Shown here: positions 23,966 through 36,668 of the stretch, piece after piece
Layout of the letters: each line of letters opens with the position of its first letter
Numbering within the stretch: position 1 is the stretch's first letter
NCBI GenBank assembly: GCA_038087875.1
Contig: CM075990.1
Coordinates: 7,256,001 to 7,320,000, forward strand
DNA: 64,000 nt
From: Malacoraja senta
Taxonomy: Eukaryota
Direction of reading: 5' to 3'
Program-made: the position numbers and the translations under genes
The notes under the pieces: model-generated
What the model saw: the letters and a program-made list of their open reading frames with translations, nothing else
Told to the model about the DNA's origin: nothing
Databases searched by the model: none

Positions 23966-26632
23966 ATTTCAGCACCACCAATCGTCCCCTCTCTTCACTT
24001 GCAAAGTGTCTGCAAATATATATATATATATATATTTTTTTGCCTTGCACCATTGTGCCTGAGAGTGCTGAGCATTTTTAATTGCACACAAACCGTCAGA
24101 TAAAATCCATACATCTACAAGTGCACTATCTGAGTGGACTGCCCAGATCATCAAATGATTCTTCCCCAACCTTTGGGGACTGCTAATGATTATTATGGAA
24201 ACAACCAATTATCTTGATGTCACTAAGACTGCCAGCGAGTCCATCTCATTACTTTCCATCTTTCCGATTAGAAGGGACTTCCAGTGATTTATTTGAATGA
24301 TTTCTTTATCTACATAACCCACCTGCTTCATGAATGAGGCATTATCTTTGCCTCAGGGCGTGGAAATGGGAAAGGTGTGTCTGTGCACTCTGCAGCTGAT
24401 AAGTTGATTGTTGCGTTTGTGGCTCCACCATTGTGGTAAAGAACGGCAGGTGAAGAAAGAAAGTGCATCATGTAAGTTAAGAAACAGTAAGACAGGTACA
24501 TCGATAGACACAAAAATATGAGTAACTGAGCGGGACAAGCAGCATCTCTGGAGAGAAGGAATGGGTGAAGTTTCGGGTAGAGACCCTTCTTCAGATCGGA
24601 AACGTCACCCGTTCCGTCTCTCCAGAGATGCTGCCTGTCCCGCTGAGTTACTCCATTCTTTTCGTGTCTATCTTTGATTGAAACCACCATCTGCAGTTCC
24701 TTCCTACATGGTACGTGGATAGGACAGGTTTGGAAGGGTTATGGACCAAATGCAGGCAGGTGGGACTAGTGTGGCTGGGATATGTTGGCCAGTGTGGGCA
24801 AGTTGGGCCGATAGGCCTGTTTCCACACTGTGCCAGTCTATGACTATTATATACTTACACCGCACAGTATCTCCGGCAGGAACTTGGCAAATTAAGCCAT
24901 CTACTACTTGGCCCTTGGGCAATGGTCAGCCTTCTGTGATATAAATGGCATCCCTGGGCAGATGTTGTATGGGATAAAACCCACCCACAAACCAGATGAA
25001 AATTATTGTCAGATAAGTAAACAAACTTCGCTTAGATAAACCAATCAAAACAAAAAGGATGTTTCTCATTGTTTTAACGAGTAATTATCCAAATTATTAA
25101 AGTGTGAAAAAGCATTGATTACTTTTAAGGAATAATAATCTGAACAAAGGTATTGGAATAAACCAACAATGAGTCCACACAGAGACAAGCAACCACAGAT
25201 GCTAGAAGCTTGGACCAAAATAACAAATGCACAGAGAAACTCGATGGGTCAGGCAGCATCTGTGGAGGGTATAGACAGGTTACATTTTGGGTTGGACTCT
25301 TCTTTGGACACTTGAATAGGGAAGAGTAAAGTTATGTGGCTGTAGTAGTGAGTCTCAGCCAGAATGTGGTAGAACTGCAGGAATCACAGAGGGTGAGCAG
25401 TCAGAGAGGTCCTCACAAAACTACCGGAGAGAGAGGAGAATTTCTCTTCAAAGATTTCACAGTCGATCAGTAAAATGGAGATACAAGGAACTGCAGATGC
25501 TGGAATCTTGAACAAAACATGAAGTGATGGAGGAACTCTGTGAGTTAGGTAGCATCTGCGGTGGGGATGGATAGCTGATGTTTCGGGTCGGGGCCCTTCT
25601 TTAGACTGATTGTAGTATTGGTGAAAGTTTCAAGCTCCTACCCCAGTAACATTACAATTAAAACACAAAGTACTTGTGCTATAACGCCAGGATAAGCGCT
25701 TAACTAAGAAAACCAAGCCCAAAGCCAAAGTATTATCTATCTAACTAAATATACCAACTGACAATAAATAATTCCGTATGCAAAAAATAACCCAGCTACC
25801 TACATGTTAATTAGCTCTTAAAAAACCCAAATCCTGTAGATGCAAGTATATGTTTGGGGTTATCACGTGGGCACCTCCCTTCATTGGTGTTTCATTGAGT
25901 TAGGCCCACGACACCTCAGGAAGGCTCAACAGTTCATTCAGGCGTCCCAGAGGGGCCTGTTTCCTCCCTCCCTCCTTCCTTCCTTCTTTCCTTCCTCCGT
26001 TCTTCCCTCCCTCCCTCCCTCCCTCCTTCCTTCCCACCATCCTTTCTTCCCTCCCTCCCTCCCTCCTGTAGTCATAGTCAGGATCAAACCCGGGTCTCTT
26101 GAGTATCAGGACATTCTTGTTCGAATGCAACCAGCATTATACCATTAGCTTCAATTCAAACACTGCCGATGCCCAATAAACCATTACTGCAGTATCATGC
26201 TGTTTTGTACTTCATCCAAATTAAACATTAAAGAGCTGGCCCAGAGTGTAAATGTTTTTTTTAAAGAATTAAATCAATTATTCCATTTTTCATGAGCATA
26301 TTTTATTTGTTTGCTCCGCTTGCAAGTTTGCATCCAGCTGCTGGCTTAGCAGGAACTACTTATAAATGTATCAGCAATTTTGTGATCTGTTCAAAGATAT
26401 TTGTTTCCCTGAAATGCTGATCAGCAGACTATGGGTCAAATGGAGCAGCAAGTTCATGATCTGGCTTGATCAGATCTAGGATACATGTCAAGGTGTAGGA
26501 TATAACCTCTGGAGCATCACCTTTGGTTAAACCATCACTATAACAACATTTAAAAGGTTTTTGGACAGATACATGGATACAGGTTTAGAGGAATATTGAC
26601 CTATGGATGTGGGTAGGTGTGACCAGTGCAGT

Positions 26633-26947
26633 TTTCGTTTAGAGAGATACAGCGCGGAAACAGGCCCTTTGGCCCAACAAGTCCACATCGACCAGCGATC
26701 CTCGCACAGTAACATTACCCTACACACACTAGGAACAATGTACACTTGTACCAAACCAATTTATCTACAAACCTGTCCGTCTTTGGAGTGTAGGACAACA
26801 ACAAAGATCTCGGAAAAAACCCATGTGTTCATGGGGAGAGCGCGCAAACTCCGTACAGACCGCACCCCTATTCGGGATGGAACCTGGGTCTCTGGTGCTG
26901 CAAGCGCTGTAAGGCAGCGTCTATAGCGCTGCGCCACCATGCCGCCC
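26633..26947 (-). mobile_element. tRNA-derived SINE
   Basis: Reverse complement of the family consensus. Confidence 0.85.
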
Positions 26948-27492
26948 CTTGGTTGGCGCATCTTGGTTGGCGTGGAAAAGTTGGGCTGAAGGGTCTGTAT
27001 GATTCTATGACTGTACATGGCTCCAGTTCCTCATTGGAGGTTAAAACCATTTTGCAGAAGAAGGACGTTGGTTTAAAAATATCCAATTTTCGAGAAATTT
27101 TCAGTCGTGTATGGAATCTGGGCATTAAATCACATCAACGGCATTGGCTTCAGTGGAATAACACATGGGTTATGCGAGAATTTAGGAAGTTAGGCAGAAA
27201 ATTGGGCGGCACAGTGGTGCAGTGGTAAAGTTGTTGACTTACAGCACTTGCAGCGGGTTCGATCCAGACCACGTGGGTTTTTTCTGGACGTTCCGGTTTC
27301 CTTTCACATTCCAAAGATGTATCAGTAATAAGGCTTCATCTGGCTCACAAATACCCACCTGGGAAAGAAATCCGAGATCCTTTCTTGGCTTGACATATAT
27401 CTAACTCCAGGGCCATTATTCTCATTCCCAACCAACACTTCAGATCGGGATGAGGGACGGACATTTTCAACAACATTGCATTCCATAACTGA

Positions 27493-27805
27493 GTGGCACG
27501 GTGGCGCAGCGGTAGAGTTGCTGCCTTACAGCGCCAGAGACCCGGGTTAGATCCTGACTATGAGTGCTGTCTGTACGGAGGTTGTACTCCTCCCCGTTAC
27601 TGCCTGGGTTTTCTCCAAGATCTTTGGTTCCGTCCCATACTCCAAAGAAGTACAGGTATGTAGGTAATTTGGCTTGGCGTAAGTGTAAATTGTCCCTATT
27701 GTGTGTAGGATAGTGTTAATGTGCAGGGATCGCTAGTCGGCGCGGACGCATTGGGCTTAAGGGCCTGTATCCGCGTTGCATCTTTAAACTGAACTGAACT
27801 AAACT
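27493..27805 (+). mobile_element. tRNA-derived SINE
   Basis: A box TGGCGCAGCGG, B-box-like GTTAGATCC, (TAAAC/TGAAC) tail. Confidence 0.85.
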
Positions 27806-30109
27806 AAAAATGACCTCTGACATCCTATGTTTTTCTGAGAACTGCATTCTGTAAGTGGAAACTCTCAGCTGATCAGAAATTACATCACCAGCTCAGTTGA
27901 ACCTCATTACATCACCCTGTCAATTAGCACTTTACTGGTTGGCCTCTGAAGCAGAAGGTCCAATCCATGAAATTGGGTTTGACTATGAATGGGCATTGTG
28001 GCTATCACCTTCGTGTTTCCTTCTGGTCCCCAACTTGACAAGTTCAGAGCACACAAAGGGATTGTCTTTGCAGGTGGTGTTTGAAAAGGACATGGCCATT
28101 CTGAAGCTCTTTGGTGCTGACTCAAGTCTGTTTTAACTACCGCACTTGCTTATTTATCTGTCAGCTTAAGTGCCTACAAGAGCTTGTTGTATGGAATTGA
28201 TTTCTTTTATGTTGCGTTCAACCTGGTTGAACTGACAAAAGATCTCAATTTAAGATCTAGATTAATTTACCGAAATCTACATTTGATTGGTTATCTCATT
28301 GTCAGGCGGAACAATATGTCCTGTGTAACGTTATAACATTGCTGATACTCTAAATAATATCAGTGGAGCACTACCCTTGACACTGTGCCCCAATTACAGA
28401 TTAAGCGCCTTCATGATAGCGATGGACTAAAGGTTTATAACAGTGACAGATTAGAAACTGCATATAGTAAAGACCATATGTGGACAGGGTGCCTGAAGTA
28501 CTTCTAATATTTCTAAAAGCAATATGGAATTCAGCTACATTGACCTCTAGGGACCAAGAGCGTTGAGCTAGCTGATAGCAATGAGCTGAGATAAGGCAAA
28601 CTATAGCTAGTCTCAGAACCGATACCTCATGGTATCATGATACCTCATGCTATGGTCAGGCAAACGCCTCCGCTGTCATGTTGTGAAAACAGAGAGGATG
28701 AGAAGGAGTTTCTTCCCAGAGGCCATTAGGACTGTAAGCTCTTACCTCACCAGGGACTAGCTTACTGTACCAATTTGCTGTTGTGTTGTGTCTTTTTAAA
28801 ATTGCTGGGGTTTTTCGGTTTTTTTTCTCACAAATATGTAATTACTGATTATGTTCTATTCTGTTTTGTAGTTTTTTTTGCAACATCCGCGAGCATTGAC
28901 ACTTTTCATTTCACTGCACATCTCGTATGCGTATGTGACAAATAAACTTGACTCATGAGAGCAACCAAGGTTATATATCAAATGCTTGTTGTGGAAATTG
29001 GGTGGAGACAGAGTTAAGGTGAACATAGAACATATTACAGTAATAGCAGAGGAACAGGCCCTTTGGCCCACGATGTCTGTGTCTGCAGAAGGGTCCCGAC
29101 CCGAAACGTCACCCATCCTTTTACTCCAGAGATGCTGCCTGGCCTGCTGAGTTACTCCAAGCACTTGGCATCTATCTTTTCATTTTCATTAGTTCTCCAC
29201 TGACCTGTGCCCCGATATTGAAAATTCTCACCCTTGCTTTCAAATCTGGTCATCACTCCCATGTTTCCTGTGCAGTCCCTATCCTATAAAGCAGTGAGAT
29301 ATTTGCATTCCAGCTTCTGTCAACCACAAATTCAATGATTCAGTCATTATTAATCATGCATTCAGCTCACTGGAATGATCAACACTCACTCCCCCTCCAC
29401 TTAGCCTCTCCACCTCTCCTTCCTTCTGTTGTGAAATTTGCTAAAAGCTACCACTTTCACTAAGCTTTTGATCACCTCTCTGAATATCACCTTGTACCAA
29501 TTTGAGCAGCTTGCTACATTATTAGACCTGCACACCTGTCTTCAAAGTTAAGTAATACCCATTGGAAATGAAAGCAGAAAATACTGGAAATATTCAGCAG
29601 CTCAGGCAACATCGATGGACAGCAAAGCAGAAATATTATTTCAGGTCATAGTCACAGAGGCATGCAGCATGGAAACAGACCCTTTGTCCCATCTCGTCCA
29701 TGCCAACCAAGATGTTGTTGACCTTCCATCAGAATTGGGGAAATGTCAATAGTCAAAGAAAATGTGCAAAGAGATAGGAGAGGGGCAGAGTGAAGAGAAG
29801 GGCAACTCTACATTAGGTTAGAGAGCAAGGGAGCATGAGTGAATGCATGGTGATGTTACAAGGTGGAAAAGCCTAGTGTGTGGCTGAGGCTCGGTGTAAC
29901 TAGGAGGGAACAGGTGAGAGCTGAAATAACCACTGAGGAAGGGAGACATAGATGCTGGAGGGCCATAGCCAGAATTACGATCTGGTGTAGAATTCAATGC
30001 TCCTTCATTGCCAACTTTTCTTTGGCCTCCAACCTTGTTCTAAAGATATTGAGTGTAAACGATGCCCAGCATTTAACTCAATTTTTCAGCATCTGTAGCC
30101 TCAATAGAC

Positions 30110-30149
<40 letters not shown>

Positions 30150-32774
30150 GCATTGTTATTGTTTGTTTCTTGAGTATGTATGCATATGTGTATATATGTG
30201 TATATATACACACTGAAATTTTTTTTTACCTCTCTCGTTTATCATTTCATTTAGTATGATTACATCTTCTGTTGTGCTGCAGCAAGTAAGAATGTCATTG
30301 TTCTATCTGGGACATATGACAATAAAACACTCTTGAATCCTGACTCTTGTCACGCTGCTTCAGAATCTAATGTTTCAAGATCATCTCACACTCGTCTATC
30401 CTCTATTGAGACAAATGTGAGATGATCTAATGAAATATTAAATTTTGAGATTAGATGCTGAGTCAAGTGCTGCTCATCAAGTGCTGTTACAGTCAATATC
30501 TTTGGAACAAGGTAGGAAGCCAAACAAAGCTTAGAGGGGGAATGAGTACAGAATTAAAGTGAAAGGCAACCAGAAACTCCGGGTCAACCATGTAGTCTGA
30601 ACAGGGGTGGTTAAACAATCTGAGTTGGACCACAGCATAAATATAGGATGCAATGTATTTGGGAAAAGGCTTTCAGTTTTATTGAGGTGGAAGAGTAGTG
30701 GGAAGGAAAGAGTTAAATAGGTCAGATGTTGCATGCACAGGAAAGTTGATGGGAAAGGATCTGGATTTTGGATTTTGGACAACCAGAGGGAACAGTTCCT
30801 TTTGAATGTTTTTGAAGAATGAAAAAAGCAAATTATTTTGTAAACAGAATGAGGTCACAAGATGTTGCAGTGCGAAGGGATATAGAGGATTTAGTACTTG
30901 AAACACAAAGAGTTGTCGTGCAAATACCAACCAGGGGTTAGTGGTGCTAATGGAATGGTGGCCTTTATTCCAAGGGGGGGGGGGTGGGATACACAGGTTC
31001 AGGTACAGGTTTGCCATGCTGAGATGTCCCCTATATTTAAGGATGGAAGGACTGTTTGCCTGAGAAGATGTGCAGATGAACTTCAGTTGGTTAATTTGTG
31101 GGAGGAAGAGGTTGCCTAATGAAGATAGGCTCAGCGGGTTAAGTCTATACTCACTGGACTATAGACGAATGTGAGGTGATCTTATGGAACATTAGATTCT
31201 GCGGCAGAGCAGACACAAGAGACTGCAGATACTGGAACCTTAAGCAAAAAATAAACTGCTGAAGGAACTCAGCAGATCAGGTAGTATCTGTACAGTGAAA
31301 TGGATAGACAATGTTGGGTCAGGAACCTTCTTCAGACTTTGTTCTGAGGTAGGCTGGATGCAAGAAAATGGTTTCCCCTGTGCAGGTATCTGCAGCTTGG
31401 GGGCATATTTTCAGAACAAGCAATCCACCCATTTCTGATGGTGGTATAGAGACGTCTTCTCTCAAAGGATCTTGAGAATCCAGAGAATAAGGAGGATATC
31501 TTGGAAGCACAGCTAAGGAAGGGTGGTGATGTCCAAGTCTATGTGATGAAGATGGAGAAAGTGAGAGAAGGCAATGGAGTTCTCACAAGAAGCAAGGGAG
31601 GAGAGTATAATTAAGGTGGATTAATTTAGTTAGATAGTGGTCACTTCCTTGCAATGGAGATTGAGAAATTGAGAAAAAGACGGGAAGCACAAGGAACGGT
31701 AGATGCTAGGATCTTGAGTAAAAACACAAAGTGCTGGTGTAACTCAATCGGTTAGGCAGCATCTTTGGAGGGAATGGATAGACAACATTTTGGGATTGGG
31801 ACCCTTCTTCAGACGAAGGATAATGACCTGAAATGTAGCCTGTCCACCCCCTATCCTGAGATGGTGCATATCCTGCTGAATTACTCTTGCACTTTGTGTC
31901 TTACTCAAGGAATAGGAAGAGTTGGATTATGTGCAAGTGAAAGTAGAAGCAGGGTGGAAACTGGCAAGAAAGATGATGCAAGTTGAGTGTTGTGTTAGAA
32001 TAGGAAACAGTGCCGATGCACTCATAGGTACACATTCTGCAGCAGGCAACTGTGGCAGGTGGGATTTGTACCTGCACTCTCTGGTTCATTTCTACCGCAG
32101 GGCAGTTATCTCCATTGTGAAGTAGTTCAGAGTGAGTTACCATGTTCAGTAAACCAGAGAAGAAACTGAAAACCTAATTGCTCAGCAATATATCTTCAGG
32201 AAGCCTGACAGCTTCCCTGCGCAGTGCCAAGAATGACTACTGTAATCTTTAGAAGTCATCAATGTAAGAACGACAATATTTTACAAAGCTCCAGTATAAA
32301 AAGTCCATGACATCCATTAGCAAATTGAATGATATTTCAAGATAATTGCAGATAGACTGTCAGTTCAAGTGACGACTTTCAGGTAAATGTTTCTGCAGCA
32401 GGGAAGTTGCCTGTGGAAACATCTGCCAATGTCATTTTAAAGAAGAACAGATTATATTTTAATCATTCCACACTGTTAAATCAGTAAATGGATTGAAGTT
32501 CCTAGGGTCTTGATTCACCTGATAAGCGTCCTCTTTGTAGAGTACACCATGCAAGAGCATTGGGAAACCCACTATACGACAAGGGACAGGGCCAAGAAAT
32601 AGAATTGGAGGAATGGGGTGACTATGGAGGGTTGTTGGAGTTACAGAGTCAAATAAAGAGGGATATGAAGAATGGAATATTATAACAATAGTGTAGGAAG
32701 TAAATGCCGATGCTGGTTTACACCGAAGATAGATATAAAATGCTGGGGTAACTCAGTGGGACAGGCAGCTTCTC

Positions 32775-33498
32775 ACAATCACAATAATACTTTATTAGCC
32801 AAGTATGTTTTGCAACATACGAGGAATTTCATTTGCCAAGTCAGTCATACAAATAAAAAGCAACGGAACACACAAAATACATTTTAACATAAACATCCAC
32901 CACAGTGACTCCTCCACGTTCCTCACTGTGATGGAAGGCGAAAAAGAAGTTCAAATCTCTTCCCTTTTTCCCTCTCCTGCAGTCGGGGACCTCGTGCCCT
33001 CCGTTGACGCCTGTAGAGGGCGGCGTTTTGGCCCTCCGCGTCAGGGCGATCAGCTCCTGCATCGGGGGGGAAATCAGCTCCCCGCGCTGGGAGATCGAAC
33101 CCCGCGTCGGGGCTGGTCGAGCCTCTGCGTTGTTGGAGCTCCCGACTAGCCTCTCCTGAGACTGCGAGCTCCCGATGTGGTCCGTTGGAGCAATCCCAGG
33201 TAAGGGATCGACTCCGATGTTAAGTCCATGCCCCGCGGTGGGGCCCAAAGTCAGCCCGAGAAGGCCCCAAGCTCCATCAATGTTAGGCTGCAGAGCGACC
33301 AGAGATGCGACCCTGAAAATAATCGCATCTCCAGCAAGGTAAGAAACTGAAATAAAGTTTCCCCCGTCCACCTCCCCCCACATAAAACAAACGGAGGACT
33401 TTTACACAGACTTTTAACACATACTAAACATTAAAAAAAAGATGAAAAAACAGACAGACTGTTGGCGGGGCTGCCAATCGTGCGGCTCCCCTGGTGGA
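32775..33498 (-). mobile_element. Non-autonomous LINE-dependent retroelement inserted into a PLE repeat
   Basis: CpG-rich block with a minus-strand AATAAA and (TTGTGA) tail at 32775-32795. It interrupts a PLE terminal repeat that resumes at about 33500. Confidence 0.55.
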
Positions 33499-34619
33499 TG
33501 GCAGGAATGAGTTCCGTTTTAGGTCGCGACGTTTTGGGTCTGAGGAAGGGTCTTGACCAGAAACGTCACACATTCCTTCTATCCAAAGATGTTGCCTGTC
33601 CCGCTGAGTTACTCCAGCATTTTGCGTCTTTCTTCATTACAATGAAAGGGATGTTGCTCACCAGAGAGCCATTGGCTCATGGCTGAAATGGCTTGGTGGG
33701 TTTCAGCGACAAAGAAATTACCTTTGGAGATCAAAAAGCAAAGACCCTTGGAACTATGACACTGTTTGCTGAACCATCACTGTGGATCACTGTGAGATAT
33801 AGTGTTTGGTGAAACTTTGGAAATGTCGTATATTTTCTCCTCTCCAGAATATTTTTTACGAATTGCAACAATGCATCATGGCACTAAGCTCAAATACAGG
33901 AAACAAATCGTTTTAACTTGTATTTGAATTATCCATTTGAGTGCAGGCTACATCTTTCTTCGTGACATGTTGATTTTGTTAGTCTGCACGGTTATTGTTT
34001 TAGTGCTAATTATGAGAAACAGGCACATTTGTCAGACATATCTCAGCCCATTGTGCGTTGTTCTTTGACTCTTTGGGATGAAGCAGTCCTATGATAAACA
34101 TTTGGATGACAGATTCTATTGCCTGCACAATATAAATGAATGCTGTGCAATGGAATTATATCTGACAAACATCTGCATGATTTTCCAAAGCATGATTTAC
34201 TCCCAATTCCCCCAGGCAAGTAAGTGATGTGCTTATATAACAGACATATTCCTGCCCTTTGTCCACCATGCAGGTACACAGACAATCACTCTGATTGAAA
34301 CACTTGCACTTCTTCCATGTTGGAGTAATGAATTCAATGGCTTTGATGTGCTCTCCTCTGCAGTGGAGTAATCAAATGCAGATTGGTGACCGATTTGCAG
34401 AACCCTTCTGCTCAGTGTAGAGTGGTGACCTTGACCTTCCAGACAACTCTCACTTCAATTCCGCTTCCCACTTTCATGTTGACTCCTTTGGCTTTGACCT
34501 ACATCGCTCCAACCATGCCCAACACAAACTTGAGGAGCAGCGGCTTATTTTCCATGTGGGTGCTTTGCAATGGATTAAACTCTCAGGTAATCTCTCTTTC
34601 TCACTCTGCCTTTTGCTCC

Positions 34620-35045
34620 CTACTTCCTCTCTTTTTCTTCCCTTCCTTTCCTCCTCTTCTTCTTCCTCTCCCTTCCCCCCTTCTTTCCCCCCTCCTCACC
34701 CCTCCACCCCCTCGTCCCCCCCTTCCCCTCCCCACTCCTCTCACACTCACCCTCCCCCCTCCCTCCTTCCCCCTCTCCTCGCCCTCCTTCCCCCCTCCTC
34801 CCCCTCCCCCTCCATCCTCCCCCTCTTCTCCCCCTCCCCCCTGCTCCCCCTCCTCTCCTCTCTCCTTCCCCCCTCCTTCCCCCTCCCTCCTACCCCCTCC
34901 CTCCTACCCCCAACCTTCTCCCCCTTCCCTCCTCCTTCCCCCATCTTCCCATGCCTTCCTTCCCTCCCGTCTCCCCCTCCATTCTTCTCCACTCTCCACT
35001 TTGCCCTCTTCCCCTCTCCCCACTCCTCACCCCTCCCCCTCTAGA
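34620..35045. repeat. Polypyrimidine/polypurine low-complexity tract
   Basis: Almost pure C/T on the + strand. Confidence 0.95.
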
Positions 35046-36162
35046 CATGGCTGCACCATTCCATTTCCTTTTTTTTTCTTTTCTGTCTCCAAGTTCCTGT
35101 TTTAAAAGTAATTGTTAGCTTGACCACATTGGTGTGCGGACTCTCACAAACAGTTCCTCTATTCTCCACACTCAGTTTCTCCCTGTAACCTAGAACATGC
35201 CTGTTCTCTCATCCTTCCAATTCTGATGAAGGGTCCTTGACCTGACGTGTCATTTGTTCCCTCTCACCAATAAAAGATGCTACTTGACCTGCTGAGCACT
35301 TCCTGCATTTTATTATCATGTTTCCAAACCGTATAGTTCTGCCTGCCACATGAATAATGGATACTGTCACTGCAAATTTCCCTGCCTGCTATAATTGAAA
35401 GAGAATTTATTTAAAGGCTGGGCCTAAAGAATCAGTTTGGTTATGCTGCTTTTTCTCAGCCCATTTCAGAAAAAATAACAATACAATGCCCATGCAAAGG
35501 GATGATGGATTCTTAAGTACAAATTACATTCAACACAACTCAAGCTTCTGCAACCTTTTATCCTCGGGGTTGTCCTGGGTTGAATTCATCACCATTTGGA
35601 ATTTAATCAGCAGCTTCCATTTATAAGGTTGCTCAAGATCCCTCACAGGAGAATTACCAAACAAGGTTCAGGTAGAGAGTGATGGGATGAGGTGGCCAAA
35701 TGCTTGGTTAAAAGTCACAGATGATGCATCTACAGGCTTTAGACACATAGTGTGGAACTAGGCCCGTTGGCCTACCGTGTCCACGTCGACCGGAAATCTT
35801 CCTGCACACTAACGTTATTCTGCACACTATATGGCCAATTTACCGTCTTGGCAATGTGGGAGCAAACTGGAGCACGGCCACAGGGAGAACGTACAAACTC
35901 CGTGGAGACAGCACCTGTAGTCAGGATTGAAGCCGGTTGCTGGTGCTGTAAGCCAGCAGCTCGACCATTGCGCCACTGTGCCGCATCTTAAAGAGAGGTA
36001 GAGAATTCAAGAAAAACAAATCCTGAACTTTGAACCTGGGCAGTTGATTGCCAAGGATGGAGCGATTAAATTTGTACTAGAATTAGATGTCAGTGCAAAG
36101 ACCATCGAGCTTCTGAAAATTAAACCAATCGCTTGATGGTCTAATTCTTCTAACTGGTCACA

Positions 36163-36197
<35 letters not shown>

Positions 36198-36210
36198 GCT
36201 TTTATTTACG

Positions 36211-36281
36211 TTAATTGTAAGAAGACATAAGTGACGAGTACTAATGTATGTGGTTGTACTGTAATGTACTTCTAATAAATT

Positions 36282-36311
<30 letters not shown>
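36211..36311 (+). mobile_element. Very short polyadenylated retro-insertion, probably an L1 3' end
   Basis: AATAAA, long poly(A), TSD AGCTTTTATTTACG at 36197-36210 and 36312-36325. Confidence 0.8.
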
Positions 36312-36312
<1 letters not shown>

Positions 36313-36515
36313 GCTTTTATTTACGGGCGCCTTAGGTCTCAAGGACACCTTACAGAGATTGACAAATAGCAAGTCATTGCCTCTGGATGGTCCCATTAAA
36401 ACAGATTGGCTCTCATTCATCAGTCTTTTATAAACCCACCTTCAGCTGTCTTAGTCAAACTGTCTCATGTAAACAAAATTATGAAATATTAAGAAAAAAA
36501 CTTTTTAAAGTATGT

Positions 36516-36668
36516 GTAAGAAGGAACTGCAGATGCTGGTTTAAACCAAAGATAGACACAAAAAGCTGTATTAACTCAGGGGGGACAGGCAGCATCTCTG
36601 GAGAGAAGGAATGGGTGACGTTTCAGGTCGAGACTTTTCTTCAGACTCCAGCTTTTTGTGTCTATCTT
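36516..36668. mobile_element. PLE terminal-repeat insertion with 15-bp TSD
   Basis: CTTTTTAAAGTATGT at 36501-36515 and 36669-36683, with a short inverted tail. Confidence 0.85.

Noticed and set aside
27493..27565. tRNA gene
   Set aside because: The tRNA-like head continues into the SINE body and tail, as in the other copies.
34383..35105. Proline-rich 240-aa ORF
   Set aside because: Polypyrimidine tract artefact.
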